Of a stretch of DNA of 64,000 nucleotides, positions 39,042 to 49,540 are shown piece by piece (the stretch's first letter is position 1; each line of letters starts with the position of its first letter). This DNA comes from Ignavibacteriales bacterium (GTDB lineage: Bacteria; Bacteroidota; Ignavibacteria; UBA10030; SZUA-254). The notes beneath the pieces are model-generated. The model saw only the letters and a list, made by a program, of their open reading frames with translations, made no database searches and was not told where the DNA came from. A program made the translations under genes and the position numbers. The DNA lies in assembly GCA_016218025.1 (NCBI GenBank), contig JACRFD010000079.1, positions 243 to 64,242 on the forward strand, in the 5' to 3' direction.

Positions 39042-41117
39042 ATGAACAGATTCTATATCTATCTATCGGTAATTTTATTTTCAATTAGTACACAAAAGAT
39101 TTCATCGCAAAATTTACCGCCGTCATTTTTAAATTCTTCTGTTGCAAAAATGGGAGGTGAACTTCTTAAGAAATACGGAGAAGCCCAGAAAGAAAGAATT
39201 GTGCTCGGACTTAAACAGGTTGCCGATTTTTGGCGTGCTGAGGATGGCGATGCTGCTTCATTCGAGGAATTCGTTCTACTTAATTTTGCAGGAGATCAGT
39301 CCAAAATAGATATAATGTTCAATCGTTACCAATATTTGCTTGAAAAACTTTACGGGCACATGCAGGAAGTTGGGAGAGAATTCCGTAATCAAGTTGATCT
39401 TGATCTTGGTCCGGTGGAACCGTACGATGAAATATTTGCGGGATACGATCCATCAGCACACACTACAGATGATCTATTCCAGAACAAACTTGCCTTTATT
39501 GTGCTGTTGAACTTTCCGCTTACAACGTTGGAACAGCGGGTAACAGTGGGAGAAAATTGGTCGCGCAGGCAATGGGCTGAAGCCCGTTTAGTTCAAATGT
39601 TTTCGAAAAGAATTCCTGCAAGCGTGAATCTTGAAGTTGCTCAGGTTACTTCAGATGCCGATAGATATATTTCTGATTATAATATCTGGATGCATCACCT
39701 GCTCGATGCAAAGGGCGAAAGATTATTTCAACCAAAATTGAGACTATTATCGCATTGGAATTTACGTGATGAACTGAAAGCAAATTACGCTGATGCAGGT
39801 AAAGGACTTTCAAAACAAAAAATGATTCAGAAGGTGATGGAAAGAATTGTTACACAAACAATTCCCGCTGTTGCAGTTAATAATCCTGCTGTGGATTGGA
39901 ACCCTTATTCTAATGAAGTCAAGCCGACAACTGTTAATGATGCCGGAATCGTTTTAAATCCGCAGATGAAAGTATCAAACGATCCTGAGCCGAATACAAG
40001 ATATGCAACACTGTTAAAAACATTCAAGGTATCGCGTAAAGTGGATGCCTATTCTCCAACAGCTCCGACATTAATTGACCGGCGTTTCAATGAAAACCGT
40101 GAGATTCCTGAATCCAGAGTGAAATCGATGTTTGAACAGGTTCTAACATCGCCATTAGTTTTAAAGGTGGCCAAGATAATTGAAAAGCGATTGGGACGAT
40201 CTCTAGAACCATTCGATATCTGGTACAATGGATTTAAATCGCGCGGGTCATATTCTGAATCACAGTTGGATGAAATTGTTTCGAAAAAATATCCCACTCC
40301 TCAGGCATACAAAGATGATATATCCGGAATGCTTGTTAAGCTTGGTTTTTCAAAAGAAAAAGCAGATTACCTTGCAGTACGAATCGAAGTTGATCCGGCA
40401 CGCGGTTCAGGTCATGCTATGGGAGCCGGTATGAAAGGTGCAAAGGCTCATTTACGCACACGAGTTGCGCAGGGTGGAATGAATTATAAAGGATATAATA
40501 TCGCGGTACACGAAATGGGGCATAATGTTGAACAGGTATTATCGCTTGATGATATAGATTACTGGTCGTTGCAAGGTGTACCGAATACTGCATTTACCGA
40601 AGCACTTGCTTATACTTTTCAGGATAACGATCTTCAATTATTGGGCTTGACGGCGCCGTCATCTGAAGCTACAGCTTTAAAAGTAATAAACGATTTCTGG
40701 GCGATGTACGAAATTGCAGGAGTCTCTTTGATAGATATGTCTGTTTGGCATTGGATGTATGATCACCCCGAGTGTACTCCTTCCGAATTGCGCGATGCCG
40801 TGGTCCAAATATCAAAAGATATATGGAATAAATATTATGCACCTGTTTTTAAAAAGAACGATGTATATCTTCTCGGAATTTATTCGCATATGATCGATTC
40901 GTATATGTATCTGCCGGATTATGCGATCGGACATTTAATTGCATTCCAGATTGAAGAGCAGATTAAAAAAACAGGCGTTATTGGCCCGGAATTTGAAAGG
41001 ATGGCACTGGCAGGAAGAATTGCCCCCGACTTATGGATGAAAAAAGCAACCGGTTCCATGGTTAGTGCAGATGCATTATTGCTGGCGACCGAGCATGCAC
41101 TTCAAAAAATCAAATAA
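39042..41117 (+). CDS. secreted HEXXH zinc metallopeptidase-like protein (gluzincin type)
   Basis: Signal peptide; AVHEMGH with downstream FTEALA; upstream promoter TTGCAA-17-TAAATT (38965-38993). Confidence 0.7.
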   Translation: MNRFYIYLSVILFSISTQKISSQNLPPSFLNSSVAKMGGELLKKYGEAQKERIVLGLKQVADFWRAEDGDAASFEEFVLLNFAGDQSKIDIMFNRYQYLLEKLYGHMQEVGREFRNQVDLDLGPVEPYDEIFAGYDPSAHTTDDLFQNKLAFIVLLNFPLTTLEQRVTVGENWSRRQWAEARLVQMFSKRIPASVNLEVAQVTSDADRYISDYNIWMHHLLDAKGERLFQPKLRLLSHWNLRDELKANYADAGKGLSKQKMIQKVMERIVTQTIPAVAVNNPAVDWNPYSNEVKPTTVNDAGIVLNPQMKVSNDPEPNTRYATLLKTFKVSRKVDAYSPTAPTLIDRRFNENREIPESRVKSMFEQVLTSPLVLKVAKIIEKRLGRSLEPFDIWYNGFKSRGSYSESQLDEIVSKKYPTPQAYKDDISGMLVKLGFSKEKADYLAVRIEVDPARGSGHAMGAGMKGAKAHLRTRVAQGGMNYKGYNIAVHEMGHNVEQVLSLDDIDYWSLQGVPNTAFTEALAYTFQDNDLQLLGLTAPSSEATALKVINDFWAMYEIAGVSLIDMSVWHWMYDHPECTPSELRDAVVQISKDIWNKYYAPVFKKNDVYLLGIYSHMIDSYMYLPDYAIGHLIAFQIEEQIKKTGVIGPEFERMALAGRIAPDLWMKKATGSMVSADALLLATEHALQKIK

Positions 41118-41151
41118 ATATTTTGCGAACTTAAGAAAAATCAAAAAATCT

Positions 41152-41529
41152 ATGAAATCGAAAATCAAAATTCTTTACGTCGACGATGAAATCAATGCCC
41201 TACATGCTTTAAAACTCGGTTTGGAAGATCGCGGGTTCAATGTTTCAATTGCAGAGACCGGTGCCGATGCACTTGAGCTTTTAAAAGTTGAGGAGCCGGA
41301 TGTTATTATTGCAGACCTGAGGATGTCTCCGATGAATGGCTTTGAACTGTATCAGGAGGTAAAGAAAAAGAGGAATCTTCCACCGACGGTCTTCTTTTTC
41401 TTAACGGCAGTTGACGATTTCTTAGCTCAGAAGTACGGACAAACGCTTGGTGTTGATGCATACATTACCAAGCCGATTGAGCTGGATTATTTAGAATCCA
41501 TTATACTCCAAAAATTAGATAAGAAATAA
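41152..41529 (+). CDS. single-domain response regulator
   Basis: ILYVDDE, VIIADLRM, FLTA and ITKP motifs. Confidence 0.9.
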   Translation: MKSKIKILYVDDEINALHALKLGLEDRGFNVSIAETGADALELLKVEEPDVIIADLRMSPMNGFELYQEVKKKRNLPPTVFFFLTAVDDFLAQKYGQTLGVDAYITKPIELDYLESIILQKLDKK

Positions 41530-41549
41530 TAATTTCTGCGGTTATTTCT

Positions 41550-42686
41550 TTGGCTTCTTCAAGATTTCATTTTGTAGATATTCTGCGCGGATGGGCGGTA
41601 TTCGTGATGATTGAGACGCACGTTGTGAATGCATTATTGCTGCCTGAAATTAAAAACGGAACTAACTTTAAAATTTTAACATTTATTAATGGGTTGGTCG
41701 CTCCTTCGTTTTTATTCTGTGCAGGTTTTGCATTGGCAATTTCTCTTTCCAGAAAATGGAACCAATATGTTTATTTAGAAAACCCTTTTTGGAAATATAT
41801 TCAGCGGCTTATTTTTATTTTGATTGTCGGATATTCTCTCCACCTTCCTTTTTTTTCATTTAGAAAGTTGCTTAACCTAAATGATAATAATGCATGGGTA
41901 TCTTTTTTTCAAGTTGATATCCTGCACACTATTGCAGTAACACTCATTGCATTAACGCTGCTTGCCGCAATATTTAGAAAACAAAATGCATTTATGATTG
42001 CAGCCGGTTTAATCGGACTATTTCTTATATTTTCTGCTCCAATCATAAGAAGTTTTGACTATTCCCAGTCGGTAGTATGGCTCCGACCATACTTTACACC
42101 TCAATACAAATCTCAATTCCCAATTTTCCCATGGTCGGCATTTTTAATCGGTGGTTCTTTAATTGGTTTTATATTTATCAAAGCACGGGAACATCAAAAT
42201 GAACGAAAAATGTTCCTGTTGACCGCAATGTTTGGCATATTTTCGATAGTCGTTTCAATTGTTATTGAATTTCTACCATTCAGTTTGTACGCTGAACATA
42301 ATTTCTGGAAGGCAAGTCCTGAATTTTTCTTTGTGCGGTTCGGTATTGTTCTATTGTTGCTTACCGGCTTATGGAAATATGAAACTCGGAAAGGTTTTTC
42401 CGGAAAATCTTTTTTATCGATATTCGGACAGGAATCACTGCTGGTTTATGTGGTGCATCTTTTAATTGTTTACGGATACACTTATCCGTGGAGCTTTATA
42501 AGATATTTTGGTCCGACTTTAAATTATTTGGAAAGTATCGGATTATTTATAATCCTCACAGGAGTGATGTTTATAGTTGCATACGTTTGGCATGGTCTTA
42601 AAGAATGGAGCCCAAGGAGTGCAAAAGCAGTACAATATATCTGGCTGACTGTAATTGTAATTGCATTTTTACTTAAACCCGATTAA
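41550..42686 (+). CDS. membrane acyltransferase (HGSNAT/DUF1624-like)
   Basis: DILRGWAVFVMIETH motif; about 10 TM; PIFPW. Confidence 0.8.
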   Translation: MASSRFHFVDILRGWAVFVMIETHVVNALLLPEIKNGTNFKILTFINGLVAPSFLFCAGFALAISLSRKWNQYVYLENPFWKYIQRLIFILIVGYSLHLPFFSFRKLLNLNDNNAWVSFFQVDILHTIAVTLIALTLLAAIFRKQNAFMIAAGLIGLFLIFSAPIIRSFDYSQSVVWLRPYFTPQYKSQFPIFPWSAFLIGGSLIGFIFIKAREHQNERKMFLLTAMFGIFSIVVSIVIEFLPFSLYAEHNFWKASPEFFFVRFGIVLLLLTGLWKYETRKGFSGKSFLSIFGQESLLVYVVHLLIVYGYTYPWSFIRYFGPTLNYLESIGLFIILTGVMFIVAYVWHGLKEWSPRSAKAVQYIWLTVIVIAFLLKPD

Positions 42687-42690
42687 TATC

Positions 42691-43500
42691 TTACCGTTTT
42701 TCGTTTTTGGGCTTTAGTGCTTTTTCTATCTTCCAGGTTTTTATTTCGGCAAGTGCTTTGTAATCCGTTAGGTCGAAATGTATAGGTGTTATCGAAACAT
42801 ATTTTTGGAAAATCGAAATCAAATCGGTCTCTTCCGATGTATCTACAACATCTAACTTTCCGGTGAGCCAAAAATATTCTTTGTTATTAGGATCACGGCG
42901 TACTTCGAAAGTATCATCCCACCGCGATTTGCCTTGTCTGGTAATTCGAATACCCTTGATTTCTTTTTCGCGTAAAGGCGGAATATTCACATTGAGAAGC
43001 GTGTCTTTCGGTAATCCTTTTTTTAAAATAAATGAAGCAAGCTGTCTGCTTAGTTTTGCGGCATATCTAAAATCAGCTTCAGCATAAGTTGTAAGTGATA
43101 CTGCAATTGAAGGGATGCCCATAACCGTTCCTTCAGTTGCGGCAGAAACTGTTCCGGAATAAATTATATTGATGGCAGTATTAGAGCCGTGATTTATGCC
43201 TGATACCAGTATATCGGGATTTTTCTTAAGTACATTTCTGACTGCCAGCTTAACACAGTCGGCGGGGGTTCCGTCAACGGCATATCCAAAAAATTTTCCA
43301 TTTTTATTGAATTTTTTAAGCCGCAGAGGATAATTCATTGTTATTGCATGACCTACTGCGCTGCGTTGTTCATCGGGAGCCACAACTGTTACTTCTCCGA
43401 TTTTTTTCAATTCTTGTGCAAGGGCAAAAATTCCGGGTGCATCTATTCCGTCGTCATTTGAGACGAGAATTGTTAATTTTTTATTTCGATTTAGTTTCAA
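42691..43500 (-). CDS. surE: 5'/3'-nucleotidase SurE
   Basis: ILVSNDDG, GTPADCV and SGINHGSN...YSGTVSAA motifs. Confidence 0.96.
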   Translation of the reverse strand: MKLNRNKKLTILVSNDDGIDAPGIFALAQELKKIGEVTVVAPDEQRSAVGHAITMNYPLRLKKFNKNGKFFGYAVDGTPADCVKLAVRNVLKKNPDILVSGINHGSNTAINIIYSGTVSAATEGTVMGIPSIAVSLTTYAEADFRYAAKLSRQLASFILKKGLPKDTLLNVNIPPLREKEIKGIRITRQGKSRWDDTFEVRRDPNNKEYFWLTGKLDVVDTSEETDLISIFQKYVSITPIHFDLTDYKALAEIKTWKIEKALKPKNEKR

Positions 43501-43507
43501 AATACTC

Positions 43508-44344
43508 CTAATAACTTTCTTTTTTAGTTGGAAATGTGTTCGATTTTACGTCATCGATGTAAAGTTTGAATGCGTCTCTCATTGTATCTGCAAGCTCTGA
43601 ATAACGCCGAACAAACCGGGGCTTGAACTCTTCTGTCAATCCCAGCATATCATAAACAACTAAAACTTGTCCGTCGCAGTGCGGTCCCGCGCCAATTCCT
43701 ATCGTCGGAATTGGTATTGAATCGGTTACTTTTTTTGCCAGATCGGAAGGTATCTTCTCTAGCACTAGTGCGAATATTCCCGAATCGGCAAGTACTTTGG
43801 CATCGCTCAATAATTCATCTGCTTCATCTTTCGTTGTGGCTCTAACTTCATAGGTACCGAACTTGTTAATGGCTTGAGGAGTCAAGCCGAGATGTCCCAT
43901 AACCGGTATTCCAATCTTGACAAGATGTTTTACTATATCGGCAATGTATGCCCCGCCTTCTAATTTAACTGCACCGACACCAACTTCCTTCATTATCCTG
44001 CCGGCATTTCTGACCGCATCATCGATGCTCGTTTGGAAAGACATAAAAGGCATATCCACAACTATCAAAGCATTTTTTACTGCACGCTTTACCGCTTTTG
44101 CATGATAGATCATATCATCAACGGTGACCGGTAGCGTTGTTTCATATCCGTGAACAACATTCCCAAGCGAATCCCCGACTAGTATTATATCTATTCCAAC
44201 CTGATCTAAATATTTCGCAACTAAATAATCATACGCAGTAAGCATTGCAATTTTTTCGCCGTTTTCTTTCATGCCTACAACGGTTTTCGTAGTAACAACA
44301 CGTTGTTTTTTCCCGTTCGGTTTATCCTTTTTCATGTTAAGCAA
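43508..44344 (-). CDS. panB: 3-methyl-2-oxobutanoate hydroxymethyltransferase
   Basis: MLTAYD, LVGDSLG, VKLEGG, MGHLGLTPQ and GIGAG motifs. Confidence 0.97.
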   Translation of the reverse strand: MLNMKKDKPNGKKQRVVTTKTVVGMKENGEKIAMLTAYDYLVAKYLDQVGIDIILVGDSLGNVVHGYETTLPVTVDDMIYHAKAVKRAVKNALIVVDMPFMSFQTSIDDAVRNAGRIMKEVGVGAVKLEGGAYIADIVKHLVKIGIPVMGHLGLTPQAINKFGTYEVRATTKDEADELLSDAKVLADSGIFALVLEKIPSDLAKKVTDSIPIPTIGIGAGPHCDGQVLVVYDMLGLTEEFKPRFVRRYSELADTMRDAFKLYIDDVKSNTFPTKKESY

Positions 44345-45107
44345 CCTTTCCAGAATTTGTTATGTCCAATGTTTTTGGATCAATCTCTTCAAATGTTATA
44401 GAAAATTCTCTTTCAAAGCCTTTTTTAATCACTTCTTTTGCTTCATAAAAAGATACTTTCCGGTTCAATATTGTTTCGGCTTCAATGGTTTTTGAAATAA
44501 AGGCATTTTCGATACTTCGTTTTTCTTCTAAAACATTGCCTGCAAGATATTCAGTTAATTCACGGTGCTGCGTTCCGAGCAGAAAAGAACCGTGTTGAAG
44601 TATTACATTCCCGAATTTTCTTTGAGCAGATCCAATTAGCTTTTTCCCGTCGTAATGAATTTCATTTTTTGCCGATGATGAAAAACAAGGAATTGATTTC
44701 GATGATTGGTAGTGATGTTTAAAGTTTTCATCTTCAGCAGATAGTTGTGCATTGATTCCGAGTGCCTGGAGTGAAGTGAGGAGTGCGCGGTTGATAGCAT
44801 GGTAAATTTCGCGTGGTCCTGTTGAATCCAAAGCAATTACTACGCTGTAAGTTAATTCGTGTGCATGAAAGATGGCACGTCCTCCAGTTGGTCGTCTGAC
44901 TATCTCTATGCCGGCATTTTTAATCTTGGTTAAATCAAAATCATTTTCGTTTTGATTAAATCCTAGAGATATTGTGTGGGGACTCCAACCATAGACTCGT
45001 ACAAGTGTAGTATCACTCTCGGGAATAAAATTTCTGGCAAGCAGTTCGTCGAAATGCATATTGAAGGAGCCGGAATTAAATCCGGTATCAAGAAATCGCC
45101 ATTTCAT
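44337..45107 (-). CDS. lipoate-protein ligase / octanoyltransferase family
   Basis: NMHFDE, VRRPTGGRAIFH and KLIGSAQ motifs. Confidence 0.9.
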   Translation of the reverse strand: MKWRFLDTGFNSGSFNMHFDELLARNFIPESDTTLVRVYGWSPHTISLGFNQNENDFDLTKIKNAGIEIVRRPTGGRAIFHAHELTYSVVIALDSTGPREIYHAINRALLTSLQALGINAQLSAEDENFKHHYQSSKSIPCFSSSAKNEIHYDGKKLIGSAQRKFGNVILQHGSFLLGTQHRELTEYLAGNVLEEKRSIENAFISKTIEAETILNRKVSFYEAKEVIKKGFEREFSITFEEIDPKTLDITNSGKVA

Positions 45108-45886
45108 CGTCGTCCGATGATGCCCCGCTTACTTTTTTCAATGAATTCAATAATATGCTTAACTTCTTCGAACACAATTTCTTCTGACCTTATTTTTTCC
45201 AATGCCTGCGATACATTCATCTGGGAATTATAAATTAAATGATATGCATGATCGATAGCCTGAATAGCTTCTGATTTAAATCCACGCCGTCTAAGTCCGA
45301 TTACATTCAATCCCTTAAAAGTTAACGGCTCAGAACCGGTTAAGGTATATGGAGGGACATCTTTTGTAACCCGCGAGCATGCCCCAATCATGGAATGACA
45401 ACCTATATGGGAAAATTGGTGTATGCCTACAATGCCGCCCAGAACCGCGTGATCTTCAATTACACAATGACCGCCCATGTTGGTAGCATTTGCGATGATA
45501 ACATTGTTTCCAACAGAACAGTCATGCGCAACATGCACATAAGCCATGATGAAGCAGTGGTTACCGACATTAGTTTTCATTCTGGCTTGTGTTCCACGGT
45601 TCATGGTAACATATTCACGGATTACGTTATGATCACCTATTTCCAGAGTGGTTGCCTCATCGCGGAATTTTATATCCTGCGGCAGTGTGCCGAGTACCGC
45701 GCCGTGATGTATTTTACATTCTTTTCCGATTCTCGCGCCATTTGCGATGATTGCATTCGCACCGATTTGAGTTCCTGTTCCAATCACAACATCATCTTCG
45801 ATAATTGTAAAGGGACCGATTTTTACATTCTCTCCTATTTGTGCTTTGGAACTAACTATTGCGCGACTATCTATTAAAATACTCAT
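45104..45886 (-). CDS. lpxA: UDP-N-acetylglucosamine O-acyltransferase
   Basis: Hexapeptide repeats; PQDIKF, IREYVTMNRGT and HVAHDC motifs. Confidence 0.96.
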   Translation of the reverse strand: MSILIDSRAIVSSKAQIGENVKIGPFTIIEDDVVIGTGTQIGANAIIANGARIGKECKIHHGAVLGTLPQDIKFRDEATTLEIGDHNVIREYVTMNRGTQARMKTNVGNHCFIMAYVHVAHDCSVGNNVIIANATNMGGHCVIEDHAVLGGIVGIHQFSHIGCHSMIGACSRVTKDVPPYTLTGSEPLTFKGLNVIGLRRRGFKSEAIQAIDHAYHLIYNSQMNVSQALEKIRSEEIVFEEVKHIIEFIEKSKRGIIGRR

Positions 45887-45909
45887 ATCTAAAATAAACT
45901 CCGAAAATA

Positions 45910-47331
45910 TTAATTTTTCTTTTCCCCATCCATAACTTCCCGCTCAACTATTGCAGCGCTGAACTCTGCTTCAGTTGCTAATTCACCGTTACGGTATGCT
46001 TTCGCTTCCAATACGGCAAGCTTTGAACGGCGGTTCTTCAAAAAAACTTCTATCATTAATTGATCGCCCGGACCAACCTGCTTTCTGAACTTGGCGTTAT
46101 TGATCGTAGTAAATACTGCTAATTTCCCCTGTGGATTATCAAGTCCATTGAGGAGTAAAATACCGCCGACCTGCGCCATAGCTTCGATGATAAGAACTCC
46201 CGGCATTACAGGTCTCCCCGGGAAATGACCTTCGAAAAACCATTCGTTCATAGTAACGTTTTTAACGCCGATAATTTTTTCATCAAGTTTGAAGTCTATA
46301 ACTTTATCAACAAATAAAAATGGATATCTGTGTGGAAGAATTTTTTGCAGAGCATTTATGTCGAATACAATTCCTTCTTTCTTCTCAAACTGATATTTTT
46401 TAACGAGTGCTTGCTGCTGGTATAGTTTACGTATCTTCTTTGCAAATGCTACGTTGCTTGCATGTCCGGGCCTTGCTGCAAGTATTTGTGCTTTAAACGG
46501 TGCACCGATCAATGCCAAATCGCCCATAAGATCTAGCAGTTTGTGCCGTGCCGGTTCATTCTTAAATCGAAGTAATTTATTATTCAACATTCCGTTTGTA
46601 CCGATGATAAGTTTATCGCTAATACCGAGTTTGTCGGTTATTCTTTTCACTTTATCTTCGGTTAAATCTTCATCTGCAATTACGATTGCATTGTCTAAAG
46701 TTCCACCGCGGATTAAACCTTGCTCGTGAAGAGCTTCAACTTCGTGTAAAAAGCAAAAAGTTCGAGCAGGGGCAAATTCCGACATGAATTCTTTTTCAAG
46801 ATTGAATAAACCGGTATGCTGGCTTCCGAGTGCAGGGTTATGATAATCGATCATGACCGTTAAACGATATTCATCTGTAGGAAGCGCCACAATGTGAACC
46901 CCTTTTGCTTCATCGATGTATTGAACCGTTTGATCGATTATTAAATAATCTTTTGGTGCATCTTGCACTATGAAATCAGCTTTCAATAAAGCATCGGCAA
47001 ATGGTTTGGAACTGCCATCCTCTATCGGAGGTTCAATATTATTTATCTCTATGACTATGTTATCTATTTGCAAACCCACAATAGCTGCCAAGACATGTTC
47101 TACTGTATGAACTTTGGCATCACCTAATTGCAATGTGGTTCCGCGTGCAACTTCTACTACATAATCTACAAGCGCCGGGATCTCAGGATGGCTTGGAAGA
47201 TCTACCCTCTTAAAACGAATACCATATCCCGATGGCGCCGGTTTAAATGTAAGAGTTGAAGAAACACCGGTGTGTAATCCGGTTCCGGTTATTGATATTT
47301 GATGTTTGATTGTACGCTGTTGTTCGATCAT
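45910..47331 (-). CDS. lpxC: bifunctional LpxC / FabZ
   Basis: TVEHVLAA and HKLLDLMGD (LpxC); LPHRYPFLFVD and HFPGRPVMPGVL (FabZ). Confidence 0.96.
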   Translation of the reverse strand: MIEQQRTIKHQISITGTGLHTGVSSTLTFKPAPSGYGIRFKRVDLPSHPEIPALVDYVVEVARGTTLQLGDAKVHTVEHVLAAIVGLQIDNIVIEINNIEPPIEDGSSKPFADALLKADFIVQDAPKDYLIIDQTVQYIDEAKGVHIVALPTDEYRLTVMIDYHNPALGSQHTGLFNLEKEFMSEFAPARTFCFLHEVEALHEQGLIRGGTLDNAIVIADEDLTEDKVKRITDKLGISDKLIIGTNGMLNNKLLRFKNEPARHKLLDLMGDLALIGAPFKAQILAARPGHASNVAFAKKIRKLYQQQALVKKYQFEKKEGIVFDINALQKILPHRYPFLFVDKVIDFKLDEKIIGVKNVTMNEWFFEGHFPGRPVMPGVLIIEAMAQVGGILLLNGLDNPQGKLAVFTTINNAKFRKQVGPGDQLMIEVFLKNRRSKLAVLEAKAYRNGELATEAEFSAAIVEREVMDGEKKN

Positions 47332-47338
47332 AATTCTA

Positions 47339-48412
47339 TTATTTTTGTTCTTGATTTATTGAGGCAATACGGTTCTCCAATTCTTCAATTCGTTTCAGAA
47401 GGTCGCGAAAATCATATAACAGTTGTGGTAATTGACGTACTGCACCGTCTATCCGCCATGTCTCATGTATTTCTCTTGCGGGATATCCGAAATAAGTCTT
47501 ACCTGATTCGGTAATAGATTTTGGAACACCGGACTGGGCTCCGATTGTGGTTTTATCCGCAATAGAAATATGTCCGGTTAATCCAGCTTGTCCTCCTATT
47601 TGACAATAATTACCAATTGAGGAACTGCCGGATATACCGGTTTGGGCGGCAATTACAGTATGCTCGCCAATTACAACGTTGTGAGCAACATGAATAAGAT
47701 TATCCAATTTTGCTCCACGTTTGACTAATGTTTTCCCTAAAGTCGCTCTGTCGATTGTACAGTTCGCTCCGATTTCAACATCATCTTCCAATACGACAAT
47801 TCCACGTTGAGGGATTTTTTCATAGCTTCCATCAGGCTTTGGTGCAAATCCGAATCCGTCGCTGCCAATAACTGCACCACTATGAATTATTATTTTATTC
47901 CCGAGCAAAGATTGCTCACGGATTGATACATTTGAATATATAATGCAGTCATTTCCTATATTTACATCATCAGAAATCGTACTGTTTGGATAAATTATTG
48001 TCCTATCACCAATGGAGCAATTATCTCCGATGACCACATAAGCTCCTATGGAAACATAATTGCCAATGGTTGAGCTTTTAGAAATAATTGCTGTTGGGTG
48101 AATTCCTTTTGTGGGAAGTTTAGCTGACGGATGAAATAAATCTATCAAGCAAAGAAACGAAATGTACGGATCACTTACTCTGATAATTGAAAGAGGAATT
48201 TTCCGATTTTGTAGTTCGGTGAAATCTGCCCCTGTTGATAAAAGTGCGGCACTTGCTTTAGTGGAAGTAAGATGCTTTTTATATTTCAGGTTGGAAAGAA
48301 ATGTAATATCTCCGGCATCTGCCTCTTCAATTTTGGCAACGCCGGTTATTTCAACATCAATTCCTTCAAGCGTTCCACCAGTTATTCGGGCTATTTCACT
48401 CAGAAGTACCAT
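47339..48412 (-). CDS. lpxD: UDP-3-O-acyl-glucosamine N-acyltransferase
   Basis: GSDGFGFAP, IDRATLG and KLDNLIHVAHNV motifs. Confidence 0.96.
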   Translation of the reverse strand: MVLLSEIARITGGTLEGIDVEITGVAKIEEADAGDITFLSNLKYKKHLTSTKASAALLSTGADFTELQNRKIPLSIIRVSDPYISFLCLIDLFHPSAKLPTKGIHPTAIISKSSTIGNYVSIGAYVVIGDNCSIGDRTIIYPNSTISDDVNIGNDCIIYSNVSIREQSLLGNKIIIHSGAVIGSDGFGFAPKPDGSYEKIPQRGIVVLEDDVEIGANCTIDRATLGKTLVKRGAKLDNLIHVAHNVVIGEHTVIAAQTGISGSSSIGNYCQIGGQAGLTGHISIADKTTIGAQSGVPKSITESGKTYFGYPAREIHETWRIDGAVRQLPQLLYDFRDLLKRIEELENRIASINQEQK

Positions 48413-48942
48413 TACTTTTCGTATGAAGTAAGTTTGTCTAAAACTTTTACTGTAAGATCATACTTATCATTGGAGTACATTAAAAGAACATCTCCGCTTT
48501 TATCGAGGATGTAATCATACTCATCCTCCTGAGCAATTTCCTGGAGAGCTTTAAATATTTTATTCTGGATCGGTTTCATTATTTCATTTTGCTTATTGAA
48601 AAGTTCACCGTTCTGTCCGAATTTTTTATTCCGGTAATCGGATATTTTTTTATCAAGATCCTGCAATTCTTTTTCGGCATCAACCCGAAGTTGGTCGGTC
48701 AGGATTAATTTTTTCTTTTCATACTCTTGATATTTTTTTTGCCAATCATTTTGCATTTTTGCAAGTTCATTTTGCCAATCAGCAACGAGGTTATCGAGTT
48801 GTCTTTGTGCATCCTGAGCTTCGGGGAGTTTTTCCATGACGGTTTTGGAATTAATCCAACCGATTTTAGATTGTCCGAACGAAACCGATGATGTTGATAC
48901 AATCATTACCAAAATGATTGCGATGAATATTAATTGTTTCAT
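48412..48942 (-). CDS. skp: OmpH/Skp chaperone
   Basis: Signal peptide; KIGWINS, coiled coil, YDYILDK...DLT. Confidence 0.92.
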   Translation of the reverse strand: MKQLIFIAIILVMIVSTSSVSFGQSKIGWINSKTVMEKLPEAQDAQRQLDNLVADWQNELAKMQNDWQKKYQEYEKKKLILTDQLRVDAEKELQDLDKKISDYRNKKFGQNGELFNKQNEIMKPIQNKIFKALQEIAQEDEYDYILDKSGDVLLMYSNDKYDLTVKVLDKLTSYEK

Positions 48943-48962
48943 AGATCACCTTTATGGGATTG

Positions 48963-49499
48963 TTAATTCTTGCCGCGTTTTAGACGGTCGATAACTAAAT
49001 TTGTATAATCAAATTTCGCATCGCCGTAAAGTAAAAACATAATCTGCTCATTCCGGTCGAACATAAATTGTATTTTTTCATCTTTTGCCACCGTAGCAAT
49101 TACGTTCATCACTTTTTGTTTAATCGGACGGAGCAACGAGTCGCTGACGATTGCCAATTCACCGTCGTTACCGAATTTATCCTGCCGAAATTGAATTCCT
49201 TTTTGTTCAAGCATTACTAATTCTTCACGTTGTGTCCTTTTTTCATCTTCTTTAAGGAGCGGTTCTTTTTTTTGGAAATCTTCATATTTCGATTGAAGGT
49301 CTCTGCTCATTCTCTCTAATTCCGATTGCCATTGTTTTCCCATTGCCTCAATTTTTTTGTTCGCTTCGATGGCTTCCGGATATTCTTGGAGTATTTTGGC
49401 TGAGTTCACATAGCCGATTTTTGGTCCCTGGGCAAATCCTGTCGATGTGAATATTAATACTGCTAAAAGGATCGAAAGAAAAAATGTTGATTGTTTCAC
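48963..49499 (-). CDS. skp: OmpH/Skp chaperone (second copy)
   Basis: KIGYVNSAKIL; GTG start after an AGAGG SD (shorter than the track ORF). Confidence 0.9.
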   Translation of the reverse strand: MKQSTFFLSILLAVLIFTSTGFAQGPKIGYVNSAKILQEYPEAIEANKKIEAMGKQWQSELERMSRDLQSKYEDFQKKEPLLKEDEKRTQREELVMLEQKGIQFRQDKFGNDGELAIVSDSLLRPIKQKVMNVIATVAKDEKIQFMFDRNEQIMFLLYGDAKFDYTNLVIDRLKRGKN

Positions 49500-49540
49500 T
49501 GTTACCTCTTTATATGTGGAATAATTTAATAAGTTATTAT

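Noticed and set aside
45910-49499. lpxC-fabZ fusion and duplicated skp as novelties
   Set aside because: Both are standard in Bacteroidota/Chlorobiota-type uppS-bamA-skp-lpx operons.
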